Source: Dimorphilus gyrociliatus (lineage: Eukaryota > Animalia > Annelida). Taken from it: a stretch of 64,000 nucleotides of DNA. How positions within the stretch are numbered: position 1 is the first letter of the stretch; each line of letters begins with the position of its first letter. The position numbers and the translations under genes were made by a program. The notes beneath the pieces are model-generated. The model was given only the letters and a program-made list of their open reading frames with translations. It searched no databases and was not told the DNA's origin. Below are positions 40,901-51,722 of the stretch, in pieces. The DNA is taken from the NCBI GenBank assembly GCA_904063045.1, contig CAJFCJ010000019.1, positions 796,570 to 860,569 on the forward strand, given 5' to 3'.

Positions 40901-43900
40901 CCAGGGCGAGAAAACGGACTACCACCCATGTCAGCAAACAATTCCTCGTCGTAGTCATCGGCTTCTAAGTCATCTGTATCTTTACCCTCTTTAATCCGTT
41001 TCATTTTTCTCGTAGCTGCTCTCCTTCGAGCTGTCAACGGAAAGATCAATTACTCACCCACAACATTAAAAACAGTCAGTATGAACTGGGTGGAATATAA
41101 AGGGGTCATCAGATGACGACGTTAAAAGCGTTAAATTTTCACCACCACGTGACCATGGCGTGCAGTGATTCATAAACGGTATACTGTATACTATATGCAT
41201 GTTTTACAAGTAATTGTGCTTGACCACTATATATTACGGGCGGTTCAAGGAGGACCGTTTAACAATTTGCTATAGTAAAGCCGGCGAGGCTTTTTATCAT
41301 AAAAAGTAGATATCAAGGACCAATCGAGTGAGAATTGTTTAAAAATTCGACTTAAGTGAAAATTGAAATATTAAAAAAGTAGTTTTTATATAAAGAAACA
41401 TAAATATATATTAGTATATTATATAAGCCATGTGTATATTTATATACAGTATATATAGTGTAGATATAGTAAATTGAATGATTCATATTTTCTCTATGAT
41501 TAAAATTCAGTATAATTCTATTCAAATTCAAAAGAAATCGGTTTTACTTTATTCTATATATACTTAGTCATATACAGCATACTTAATTTGTATGCATATA
41601 TAGATATCTGTATATAAATATAAACTGCATATGCGTTTCTGTATATATTAATATTATCAGAATCGATTTGTCCTCGTATAACTTATCTTCCAGACTTTAT
41701 TCCTTTTACATGACGTACTCTACATTCTATTCGGAGAAATCTACAATACTAGCCTTTACCTCTCTTTAAGCCACCAAATAAACCTTTTTCTATAATTGCG
41801 AATGAAAAGAATAGATTTAGAACGATTGTGCACACAACAATAACTATTAACATCATGTACAAAGCAAATTTTTTAATTGTTGTTATTATATTATTAGAAG
41901 ATCTTTATTCATTTTAGAAGCCTCTTTGTGAGAGGTTGAAAGAAAGAGTTAATGGGAACGATAGTGGGAAGGGAAAGCATTGAACCAATATAGTTAAGAA
42001 GAATTTAAATAGTAAGGGCGAGGAGAGGGAAGCAGAAGCGTAAGAAAACGATAATGATGATGAAGAAGAAGAAAAAGAAGAGGCTTAATTATTGGGAGAA
42101 AACGATTAATGATGGAAATATAAAGGCAGCGAAACAGAAAAAAAAAAGAGGGAAAGAAGGAGAAGAATCAGCAATAGTAGCAGCAAAAACGGCAGCAGTA
42201 ATAGCAGACGATGAGAAAGATTTTAAAAAGAATGAAGTAAAAAAAGAGAAAAAAAAGAAAGAAAGAAAAAAAAGATGTATGAGAATACGACTTGTATGAT
42301 AAAAAAAAAGATAGAAATAAAATATTCGCTTATTTGAAATACCTTCCATTATTTTCGCCTTATCCTCCTCGCTTGTCCGTTCTTCATTCAATATGACTTC
42401 CTCTGAGAATCGAAATGTCAAATGAGAAGGAGATAATTAGCCGAAGCTTTTTTCTATAATGAAACGCACCTGCTTTGCAGATCCATTCTAAATAACCATT
42501 TAGTTCTCGTTCAGTTTGCTGTTGCTTGCGTAATTTCAGAAAAGCTCGACGATTTTCGACACGCTCTCTTTCCTTAGCGAATTCCCTGTACGGAATTGTA
42601 TTGATTTTTTTAGTTACGCGTCGCGAATATATCGTGTAGCGCATTAACTATGGAGAAACCGCCTTTTTTTTTTCCTCTTTCTAAAAAGATGAAAAATAAA
42701 TGGAATAGGAATTGCCATCTTGTAGTTCGGAAATGTAAGTTAAGTGTATAAGGAGATCTTTTGTTATTCGCTGGAGGTTGCGGCATTGTATTGGCGCAGT
42801 GCAGTTGGCACAAACAAATCAATGAATGCGGCAGCTGAGTGTAGTTTTGCAGTTGGCCTATTTCGCAAGAGCGACACTCACCCACTTAAAACACCGAGAA
42901 CGAGATTAAGCATGAAGAATGATCCAAGAATAATCAGGGGGAAAAAGTAAATCCAAGTAAAGTTCGGTCCTACGGCATCATTCGTATAATAGAGAACGGA
43001 AGTCCAACCCTCCATAGTAATGCACTGAAAAACGGTCAACATAGCGAATCCTATATTATCGAATGACGTTATTCCGTAATTTGGCCCTTCCCAATAAGAT
43101 CGACATCTCGATCCTTCCGGACAAACAAAACCAGTTACAGACTTCTCTTTGCTGCTCGTCGATTGCATACAAGGTGTAACATTCTCTTCGCCCGCCAAAT
43201 CAAATTCATCTTCCATATGAGTGTTCGATGTATTTTCATATCTGCAGGCCGTGTGAAAAGCACCGCTGTAAAACTCTAGGCCTATGATAGCGAAGATGAC
43301 GATGGCGAAGAGCACCAAGAGGGCGATTTGAGCCAGCGGCGCCATAGCTCGGATGATCGATTTGAGCACAACTTGAAGACCTGTTTAAAGATGCGTATAA
43401 TTAAAGTGGAGAAAAATATGGCCCATATAAAGAGAATGAAGAACTTTAAACAAAGAAAGCACACAAGGTTCATTTGATAGGAAAACAGAAATTTTCCATC
43501 ACCCGATAACAACAGCGACATGCACGAAAAGTTATTAAATTCCGCTCGTATTTCTATTTCTTAGATAGATGAATTTATTGCATGCTTTAAACCACAAAAT
43601 GCTGTCATTTCTAATCATTTTTTTTTCTCTCCCTTCCGTCTTTCATTCTCGTGTTGTTTTTATGTTTTAAAATCCTTAATAAAAGTATAAAGACAAAACT
43701 AGTATTGTATCAATAACCCGCTAGATATATTTATACACTTGATAACCATTACAAAAGAAGATTGTTACATAAAAAAAAATACGGAATCTTTAAATGAAAC
43801 AAAAAAAAAGAAGAAAAAGAATGAAAAGAGACAAGAGAATTCGAAAGAAATAGAATTAATGCATATAATACAATTTTGTTTTTTTTTTTATTTGTTTGTA

Positions 43901-45813
43901 CAAGATCATTTAGAGAAGGAGGGAGAGAGATTGTAAAGATATTTCTTTTTTATTCATTTGTTTTTATTTTTTTAAAAAAAAAATAAAAAAAGACTTTCAC
44001 CCCTTCATGCAATTCCCTTTTGATTTATAAAGGTACCAACTGGGTATCCCAGACACCAGCTTGAGGGGTCTGAGGACTCGAATAGCTCGGAGTATTCTTA
44101 AATTAAATTTTTTACTATCGCTATCCAAAACAATAGTGACTAACCTAAAAGGGAAAATGAAAGGGGTAATGGTTGTGGAAGGTTAAAATACTAAACATAA
44201 AAGGGTGTATAATAGATACACGCGTATGAATAAGAATACAAAGTTATAAAAATAATAATAATAATCATCATCATTATAAAAAAATATCCGTGAAGACGTA
44301 GGTTGGAACTAGGGCTAAAGGTGTGGGTGGTGATGGGGGAGGGAAAAGGGGTTATAAAAACACAAGTGGAAAAAAAAACTGTATAGGACGACGTCGACCA
44401 CTGGATTGCTTACTTTCGAAGCCTGTCACCAGTTTGAGAGGCCTTAATACTCTGATAGCCCGCAGAGCAGCCTGATCAAACCTCGGAATGAAGAGGGAAC
44501 ACAGCCTGAAAACGTAGGAAGAATTTATACGTTATAGAATCGTTAGCACTTTTTTTTTCATCGTATCGATCATTGGTCGTCGGCTGACAGTTTGCTCTTT
44601 TCTCGATAAGGAGGTAAAAGTTTACTTGACATATTTTATTATTAACAATAATAGTAATAATAATAAGACCGCTATCATAATTATTATTCTTCCTATAATA
44701 AAAGGCTAGAGCATGCGAAAAAGAATTTTAACTCACCCGGTTACTACTACTATAAAATCCATTATATTCCAAACGTTCCTAAGATAAGCTCCTTTATGCA
44801 ATACGAATCCTAAAGCAACTATCTTCAGTAAAGCTTCCACGCAAAAAATTCCTAGAAAGTACACTTCAGTTTCCTCCTGCAGAAATTAGAAGGTACGTAA
44901 ATAGAGGGAGGAGAAAGAGAAACGTGTCAAAGAGCGTACCAATTGTATGGCAAGAACGGTCTTGTCCCCTTTCGGCAAATGTTCTTCGAGAGCCAAAACG
45001 ATACAATTGGCGATGATTGTAAGTAGCACCATATATTCGAAAGGCTTACACCGAAGTTAAGGTTAATTACAATAGAAAAATCGTAGTAAAATACTACATT
45101 GAGAGTATATATACAGTAAATTATGTATACATTTTATGAATAGTCTATATAGTCCAACTATAAAAAATGAAAATTATGTCTAGAAACGTAAGCGTTCGTA
45201 AGCGTCTAAATGTTCGTCTACAAACGGCCATGCATCTACGAATGTTTGTACACAAAATCACCAGACACACAATATTATAAATGAAATATTAGAATGAAAA
45301 CACGCTTTGTGCATCAAACGCATGTCATCAAATATATATAAACGTATATTGTAGGGGTCTAGGAGCAAAAAGAGAAAAAAACAGGATAGATAAGAATAAA
45401 TAGGCCAATAGAATGGGCGATGGTATGAATATTTTAAAAAGAAGGCTGAAACTGCTAGCGTTCGATCGATATCGGACGGCGAGCGCTCTGCAGAACTTAA
45501 GCTTCTTTTTATTTTGAAAAACGTTTAACGGATAACCGCGGAGAGTAATTAGAACGTTATGCGAGAGGCAAGCCAATCGATATACACTGCAACAGGTGCG
45601 CGTTTGAAAATGACACGTTCTGGAATGCATGAATTACCCAAAACTATATCCACATATATGTGCACATGCCGTATCTATACATGAATGTTCTGGCTATAAA
45701 TATATACAAAGCTTGTATAAATTGAATATATATATATATATATATACACTTAGTACATAACTGTATATACATATTAACCTTTCCGCTCCTCATATACACT
45801 AAACGTAAGTAGA

Positions 45814-45850
<37 letters not shown>

Positions 45851-45871
45851 ATACGTATATATTTATACATA

Positions 45872-45909
<38 letters not shown>

Positions 45910-46193
45910 CACACTCATACTTAGTAACTGCTGTGTATAAATATGTAAATTATATAAAAGCGAACAACTGAACAAAAAGGATATCCCCATTCGATAATGG
46001 TCTTGGCGTATTTGCGGATAAAGTTGTCCTCGGAGAAAATGAAGAGCGAGCGAGCATTCGACAGGCCGATACCGGGAAGAGAAAAAGCATTTGCTCGTCG
46101 AGCAACATTTCGAAGAGACGTTTCGGCCGAGGCGGATGCTGCCGGACCTCTTCCTGTCGATTCTTCTGTTGCGGCAGCTGTTAAGTTGGCCAT
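26777..46193 (-). CDS. CACNA1A/B/E-like (Cav2): Voltage-gated calcium channel Cav2 (N/P/Q-type, cacophony/UNC-2) alpha1 subunit
   Basis: Core exons: 46193-45985, 45045-44940, 44876-44737, [44505-44414 or 44144-44041], 43380-42882, 42585-42470 ([18 protein letters not shown]), 42402-42343, 41030-40832, 40748-40621, 40563-40451, [40127-40015 or 39414-39305], 39083-38657, 38232-38072, 37146-37055, 36946-36838, 36729-36540, [36219-36113 or 35823-35717], 35463-35361, 35295-34789, 34730-34566, [34440-34330 or 34025-33903], 32467-32384, 30975-29983 (EF-hand, IQ-like [14 protein letters not shown]), 29055-28940, 28630-28546, 28480-28424, 27786-about 27340, 27105-26777. EEEE selectivity filter (TMEGW, TGEDW, TGEGW, TGENW) and terminal ESDDEDWC. 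Linkage of the distal C-terminal exons is not fully resolved. Confidence 0.96.
31304..31864 (-). CDS. Three candidate frame-preserving cassette exons in the Cav2 IVS3-S4 loop
   Basis: 31864-31853 (12 nt, PNVA; TTTCTTTCTCCAG / GTAAGT), 31502-31470 (33 nt, [11 protein letters not shown]; TTTCCAG / GTATAA), 31354-31304 (51 nt, [17 protein letters not shown]; GTTATAG / GTTTGT). All phase 0-0 and stop-free. Confidence 0.55.
33903..34440 (-). CDS. Duplicated (mutually exclusive) exons for Cav2 domain IV S1-S2 loop and S2
   Basis: 34440-34330 [37 protein letters not shown] (111 nt) and 34025-33903 [41 protein letters not shown] (123 nt), each with AG/GT in phase 0. Confidence 0.88.
35717..36219 (-). 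CDS. Duplicated (mutually exclusive) exons for Cav2 domain III S2-S3 loop and S3
   Basis: 36219-36113 [35 protein letters not shown] and 35823-35717 [35 protein letters not shown]. Both 107 nt, phase 0 to 2, both with GTAAGT donors. Confidence 0.9.
39305..40127 (-). CDS. Duplicated (mutually exclusive) exons for Cav2 domain II S3-S4
   Basis: 40127-40015 [37 protein letters not shown] (113 nt) and 39414-39305 [36 protein letters not shown] (110 nt), phase 0 to 2. Confidence 0.9.
39650..39790. repeat. (CT)n / (CACT)n-rich simple repeat in the intron between the domain II alternative exons
   Basis: Direct inspection of the sequence. Confidence 0.8.
44041..44505 (-). CDS. Duplicated (mutually exclusive) exons for Cav2 domain I S3-S4 loop and S4
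   Basis: 44505-44414 [30 protein letters not shown] (92 nt) and 44144-44041 [34 protein letters not shown] (104 nt), phase 2 to 1. Confidence 0.9.
45046..45984 (-). other. U12-type (minor spliceosome) intron of Cav2 with AT-AA termini
   Basis: 5' end GG|ATATCCTTTTT at 45984. Branch site CCTTAAC at 45062-45056, about 10 nt from the 3' end. The frame W-G-P-F-E-Y is restored only if the intron ends ...GTGTAA|G at 45046. Confidence 0.85.
45721..45905. repeat. (TA)n-rich microsatellite cluster inside the U12 intron
   Basis: Direct inspection of the sequence. Confidence 0.85.
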
Positions 46194-46327
46194 CCTGTAT
46201 ATAAGATCGGAGTCAGGGCGTCATTTTGACGCCATTTTTCTCAACGTTCTGTACATCGCAAAACGCGCGTACGCACGCACTCGTAGCACTGTCTAACGAA
46301 TACTGCGCCGCCGCTGTCCTATCGTCA

Positions 46328-46351
46328 TTGGCTTGCGCATGCGCAAGCCAA
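46328..46351. promoter_or_regulatory. Perfect 24-bp palindrome centred on an NRF1/Ewg site; proximal Cav2 promoter
   Basis: TTGGCTTGCGCATGCGCAAGCCAA, 135 nt upstream of ATG 46193. A YY1-like AAAATGGCG on the minus strand lies at about 46231-46239. Confidence 0.6.
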
Positions 46352-47045
46352 ACTTATTAGGCCTGTATGGCTTTTTCGTGAGTAAGGGATGTGTCGATTG
46401 TTCGAAATGAGGTGGACGGCTTCACTGAATAATTGGCTATTTGCATACTAGGCTATAATATCTTGAAATGACAAGTTTCGTTAGATTTACGCAAAATGTA
46501 AATTTGAAAAGACGCCCAGACCCCCTTCAGCTGTTGTTCCATGCTTTTACAAAGCGAATATACTGATCGATAAAAAAAAATTGCGCGTCTAAACAACTAA
46601 CCTACCCTCTCTAAACTGTCAGCGTCATCTGACGCACTTATATGGTTAAAACCTAACTTTTATTTTTTTTTTAGTTAATACAGGTGCTCCTTTTGAAGAA
46701 AACTATAAACTCTAGGTGTCACTAGTAGTCGAGCGGTGTCGCAGTTGTTATTCCATGAGTTTTTAATAAGGTAGATTATTTAAATGGTAAATACATGCAT
46801 CGATGAAACTGCTTAGCAATTCGTAGAAAAAAGGTTGAAAACTTAGGGGGAAAGAAAGCCCTGAGGTCATGGGAGCTGCGACAACGTCATTGTGTTGCCG
46901 TAGACCAGAAAGCTACGGTAACAAATTGCAGCCGTGGGCGTCTAGGCCCTTTTTAACGCACCTTATCAAGGCGTTGCGAGGAGGCGAATTTCGTTGTCGA
47001 CATTTCTCTAATTCGCCACCTATAATTTCTTTTGTACCTACTCAC

Positions 47046-49302
47046 TCGGGATAATGTTTAACCGTCTTCATTTTCGTCTGAACTTCCACACATGTTCGTA
47101 GGTCAGACGTATCCACCGCTCTCCTTCTTGATACAGGCGGAGGGTGGCTGGCGGCACTGTCCTCTTCGGGTTGCGCATAGCGGTTATTACGACGGCTGTC
47201 CCTGTTGGCTGAACGAGGAACATTATAAACTAACAGTGACAAAACTTGTGACACTCATCTATTGGTTGTAAATACAGCGTCACTAACGGAAATTGACGCT
47301 CTCGCAAGCAAAGTAAACGTCCTCACAAACGCATGCACGGAACGCTGTACTTCACTTAAAGAGTTAAAATGAACAAATTCCATCTGTTTTATCGATGAGG
47401 CGGCGTTTCTCCAAGGAATCGATCTTAGAAAGTTAAAGTTTACACGCCTATTCCGTTACCATCGGACGTCGACGTCAATTCTCACAAGTCGTCAAAATGA
47501 TTTGTTTAAATAAAAGCAACTCTCTTTCAAAGAACAACCTGTAGTTTTTTTTTTTTAAACTCATGATACAAATGATTAATATTTTTAGCCTTATTAAAAA
47601 ATAAAAACAAAACGCTTCCATATTTTCTCATTTCCTACGTGACTATCATCTTTGAAAGCGAAACCGAGTTAATAGGCGTATAGTGAATCGCGTTATAAAA
47701 AGGCTAAGGACTCGCAAACTTTGACAGAACAAGAGGAAAAACACAGGAAAGGAGAGAGGAAAAGGAACAGGAAGAATAAAGAAAGAGTCAGATAGAATAT
47801 AGAGACAAACAATTAGAAAAAGAGAATTAGAGCAGAAATAGAAAGAGACATGGTGAGAGAAGAGGTTTCCTTTTTGGCCTTCTCTTTCTAATTCCGTGTT
47901 GACTGTACTGTCACGTTGGGAAAAAGCATCTTTGCATATTTCAGAGGGGTTACCTCCGTAAATTGGAATCATACAAAAACAGTTCGCGGTAGATACCTGT
48001 TGGTAGCATCTTCACAACGTCCGATAGCGATTGACGCGATCGGCGTTCGGTGAGCGTCATTTTGTCAAGTCGGACGCCATCGAAGCGACGTTTGAACGCC
48101 TCCCGTTCCGCCCAAGCGCCATCTGGACGAGATTTGATTGCATTTCGAATTTATTCCTCATTCATCAACACACGATCGGGGCACTTCCTTATATACAGAC
48201 CGCCTTACGTGTAGTCATAAAATATTCATATAGGCTAGATTCAGATGAAATACGCCACCTGGCGACTGTCTGTTCCAGGTAAGGCAAATCGGATTGCGCA
48301 AAACGCGCCGGCAACGTAGCGCGTCTATATTTCGCATTATAAAAGCCTCTAATGCGTTTTATTTGTCGACTGCCGGAGCAGTGAGAGAAAATAGTATAGA
48401 GAGTGCACGGTCAGTGAGGCGTGCGTAAGACGAGTCTTTTCTCTTTTTTTTTTCTCGTTTTCTCTTTAATCCGTTCTCTCTCTCGCACACTCATTTACTC
48501 GGTCCCTCTTTCTTCCTTTCCCCCTCTCTCTCTCTCTCTCGCCTCTCGCTCTCTCTCTCTCTCTTTGACTATTTCTTCTATTCTCTCTCCTTCTCATTCG
48601 CTCTTTATTTTCTTTTTTTTTTTACCGACTTCCCACTCTGTTTTTTCTCCCTTTTTTCTCTCAGTCACTTAGTCTCTTTCGCAGCTACCGTTTTCCTGTT
48701 ACCACCTTAACGCTCTGTTTGTTTCCCTTCTCTTATTATTCTTGTTACTTACGTACTTATATACATACATGTACAAATGCGTGTAAATTTACTTAGCCAT
48801 AGAAACACACAGACATACACTCACTTCTCTCTTTCAATCATTCTATCCCTGTACTAGATATTTATTAGGATATATATGATGTGTATAGACGTCGACGAAA
48901 AAGTGACGATGATTGAATTTTTTATCGATTCGGCCTGCTTTATTGCTCTTCGGAAAAAAAACCCAAGCTGCGGCGGGCGTTTCTTTCAATTTCCAATTAC
49001 ATAATGCACAGACGTTAGTGTAAAAGTGACGTATGTAGAGAAAGGATGCAGGTGGTAACTGACGTCGAACGATTATAACTATAGTAAACGTCAGCAAAAA
49101 TAGTCGGCTTCCAACTTTTCTAATCAGCGTTCGCATTTGATCAATGGCAGTTGAGAAATGAATAATCCATAGACGCTTTACACCATTTATTTTTTTGCGA
49201 GTTGAAACTCGCATTTAAAATAATCTTTTTAACCTTACCTGTGTTGATAAGTTCGTCGTCGTCCTCCTCTTCTTCTTCTCCTTCCAGCTCACTCCTCTTC
49301 AT
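47046..49302 (-). CDS. Candidate upstream coding exons giving a long Cav2 N-terminus
   Basis: 49302-49239 (MKRSELEGEEEEEDDDELINT, CAG|GTAAGG, phase 1), 48122-47997 (126 nt, phase 1-1, CAG|GTATCT) and 47208-47046 (phase 1 to 2, GA|GTGAGT) splice in frame to the acceptor TATACAG|G at 46194, one base before the core ATG. Confidence 0.65.
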
Positions 49303-50623
49303 ATCTGTCCGACGCCCAGTACATCGTCTATATAATTTGCTGGCGTCGACAGTTAGGACACCTGGCGGTGAATTTTCAAAGACCAGTCTTTTGTGCTGAT
49401 TTCGTTTTAGCTTTCGGCGTTTGAGAATCCCTTATTTCTACTTTACTTCTTTACATATTAAAAACATATATGATGATGTGCATAACGATTGTATATCAGC
49501 TTATAGAAATTTATGTGAAAAAGACATGCGCACATTTTGTTGGAGGGAAAACCTCGAACAAAAGGAATCTTAGACGAGCTCGACTCGACGGTATTGTACG
49601 TAGGTAATTACAGAGTATTTAGACGCTCTTCGAGCACGCATCTTTCTGGCCAAGCGTTTGCCCGAATGGAATAACAGAAAAATAAATGCATATACGCGAT
49701 GGACCGATATTTTTTATAATTACAAGCCGCCGGCTCTTACGGGTGGAATGGCGACATTTTCACCCGTTCGACGTCTAGCGGAGAGAAGGTCGAAGACGGT
49801 ACTAATTACGTCCGCTCATCTTCGCATTGATAATCCCATATATGCCGCGTTTGTACAGGCTTCCCACACAGATGCACAGACGCACACATACATACATGTA
49901 TATACATACAATTATATATAAATTTAAATATATATAAATCTATATATACAGTATATATATATATATATGTATGTGTGTGTATGTGTGTGTGTGATATTTA
50001 TATTTATATATATATTAGTATATCTATATATCTGTCTATATATATATACAAACATATATAGATATATACACAGAAGCACACGGCAACGCAATTAAAACGC
50101 AAACAAGAACGCCGCTCAATTATTGGTCGTTGGTTTCATCCTACTTTGCCCCCTCTATCTCTCTTTTCGCAAGCTTTTCAGTCTCTTTTTTATTCATTTG
50201 TCTCCCACTTTCCTTTCGCTTTCTCTTCCGTTTTATTACTTCGTTTTCCGTATGTCTGCCATTTCGTACAATTCTTATTTAAGCGCTGAGTTGCTAGTTA
50301 TAACTGGAGGCGGTACCAAATGCATTTGAAAAGGAGGAAGAAAGAAAGGGCTACGGTGACGCTCAAGTAAAGGCCGATTGGCAAAAAGAGAAGGAACAGA
50401 AACAACGTCTAATTGGAAAAGCACGCAAAAGGCAGTAGAAAAATTTCTTTTTTTACTTTTATCGACATATTTCACAAGTCAGCGCCATCTAGTCGTAATA
50501 ATCGCCTGGGACCGTCGCATCAGCCGTTACGGTTTATTATTTATTTACGACAACGGAAAAATAATTATCAAATGTCGACTAAAGTGTAGAAGTCTATATG
50601 AGTGGATGTTGACCAGCGGATGA

Positions 50624-51218
50624 CTATGGCAAGGTTGATGCTCTAGACATCTGCAAAGCAATGTTCTGATGTTGGAGAGGTTGAGTATGCGAGAGGGAGG
50701 AAGCCGGGAAAGTCGAGTTTTTACTAATCGCTTTAGAGAATTCCACTAGTAAATCGCGAATGATCTGAATGCTCTGAATGTGAGTCTGGGTTATCGTGGT
50801 GTAGTTATTCAGGGAGACTGATTGTAGGGACTGCTGGCTTTTCTGTACATCTACCAATTCGTTCAGATTAAACGGCGCGTGACGTTGGCTGTCGGTCGCT
50901 TCCTGACACACTTCCGCCGCTAGTTTTAAATTGTACTCCAATTGATCCAGTAGGCCATAAGCATTCCCTATTTCTTTGGAAAGAGCTTGGGAGGCAGCTT
51001 GATCAGCCGGCTGTTTACAGTCCTCAGCTTTCTTATGACCCTCTATGAAATCGGCTATTTGAGTGAACAAATTCTGAAATAGGTTATATAAATATATCAC
51101 TTAATCATTTTATATTCACCGTACCACTTACCGAGATGCTTGTCTTTAATTCTGGAAGAGTAGATTTGAAAAAATGAATTGGATCAATTTCCTGATTTTG
51201 AGATGAATTTGCCGACAT
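50624..51218 (-). CDS. MED29: Mediator subunit 29 (Intersex)
   Basis: Exons 51218-51132 and 51073-50624 (58-nt intron). DPIHFFKSTLPELKTSI...YGLLDQLEYNLKLAAEVCQEATDSQRHAP...YTTITQTHIQSIQIIRDLL aligns by eye with MED29 (DPV..YK.LIP.LKESL; YALCDQLELCLRLA; SCDSAKHSP). About 178 aa. Confidence 0.85.
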
Positions 51219-51722
51219 AACTGATATATTTCTAAAAACAATACAGGTCAATAGACAATGCAATAACGTAAACGATAAATCTCAATCAGCGATATTGCGG
51301 GATTATTACTTCAATATCGATATCGACGATTTATCGTATTTCGCAGTGTCCGTATAGAGCACTCCGGCGCATGCGCACTTATCAAGGACACTGTACGCTA
51401 AAAAGTTAATTCGGGACTTGTTTCCTTTTCTATTAGATCTTCTTTTAAAATCATAGTTTAGATTAAATAACACAGAAAGTTTCTTTCTTAGAAATATGAT
51501 AGTGTAAGCTTCTTAGATATTTATAATAATCTGTAACAACAAGGCGATAAGTGGATAGATTGTTAGTTACCTCCTGTTGCGATTAAATTCGTAAACAACG
51601 CACTATATCACGTAATTGTTAGGTTTATGTTATTTTGTAGTCTCTTTAGGGCTTTAGTAATTTGAACTTTCGTATAAAATATCTGTTAATTATCACGATG
51701 TTTTCAAGAACTCGTTGTAATT

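Noticed and set aside
41031-41200. GTGAGT donor 27 nt upstream of an I-II linker acceptor, suggesting a sterically exclusive second linker exon
   Set aside because: Every upstream acceptor tested gives an in-frame stop; no AID-like duplicate as in Drosophila I-IIa/b was found.
42054-42421. Lys-rich and Phe-rich ORFs on both strands
   Set aside because: Products of an intronic purine-rich low-complexity tract; only 42402-42343 is a real exon.
49779-49790. GGAGAGAAGGT matching the U6atac core (of interest because human RNU6ATAC lies next to WDR5)
   Set aside because: Only 11 nt match; the following U6atac stem sequence is absent.
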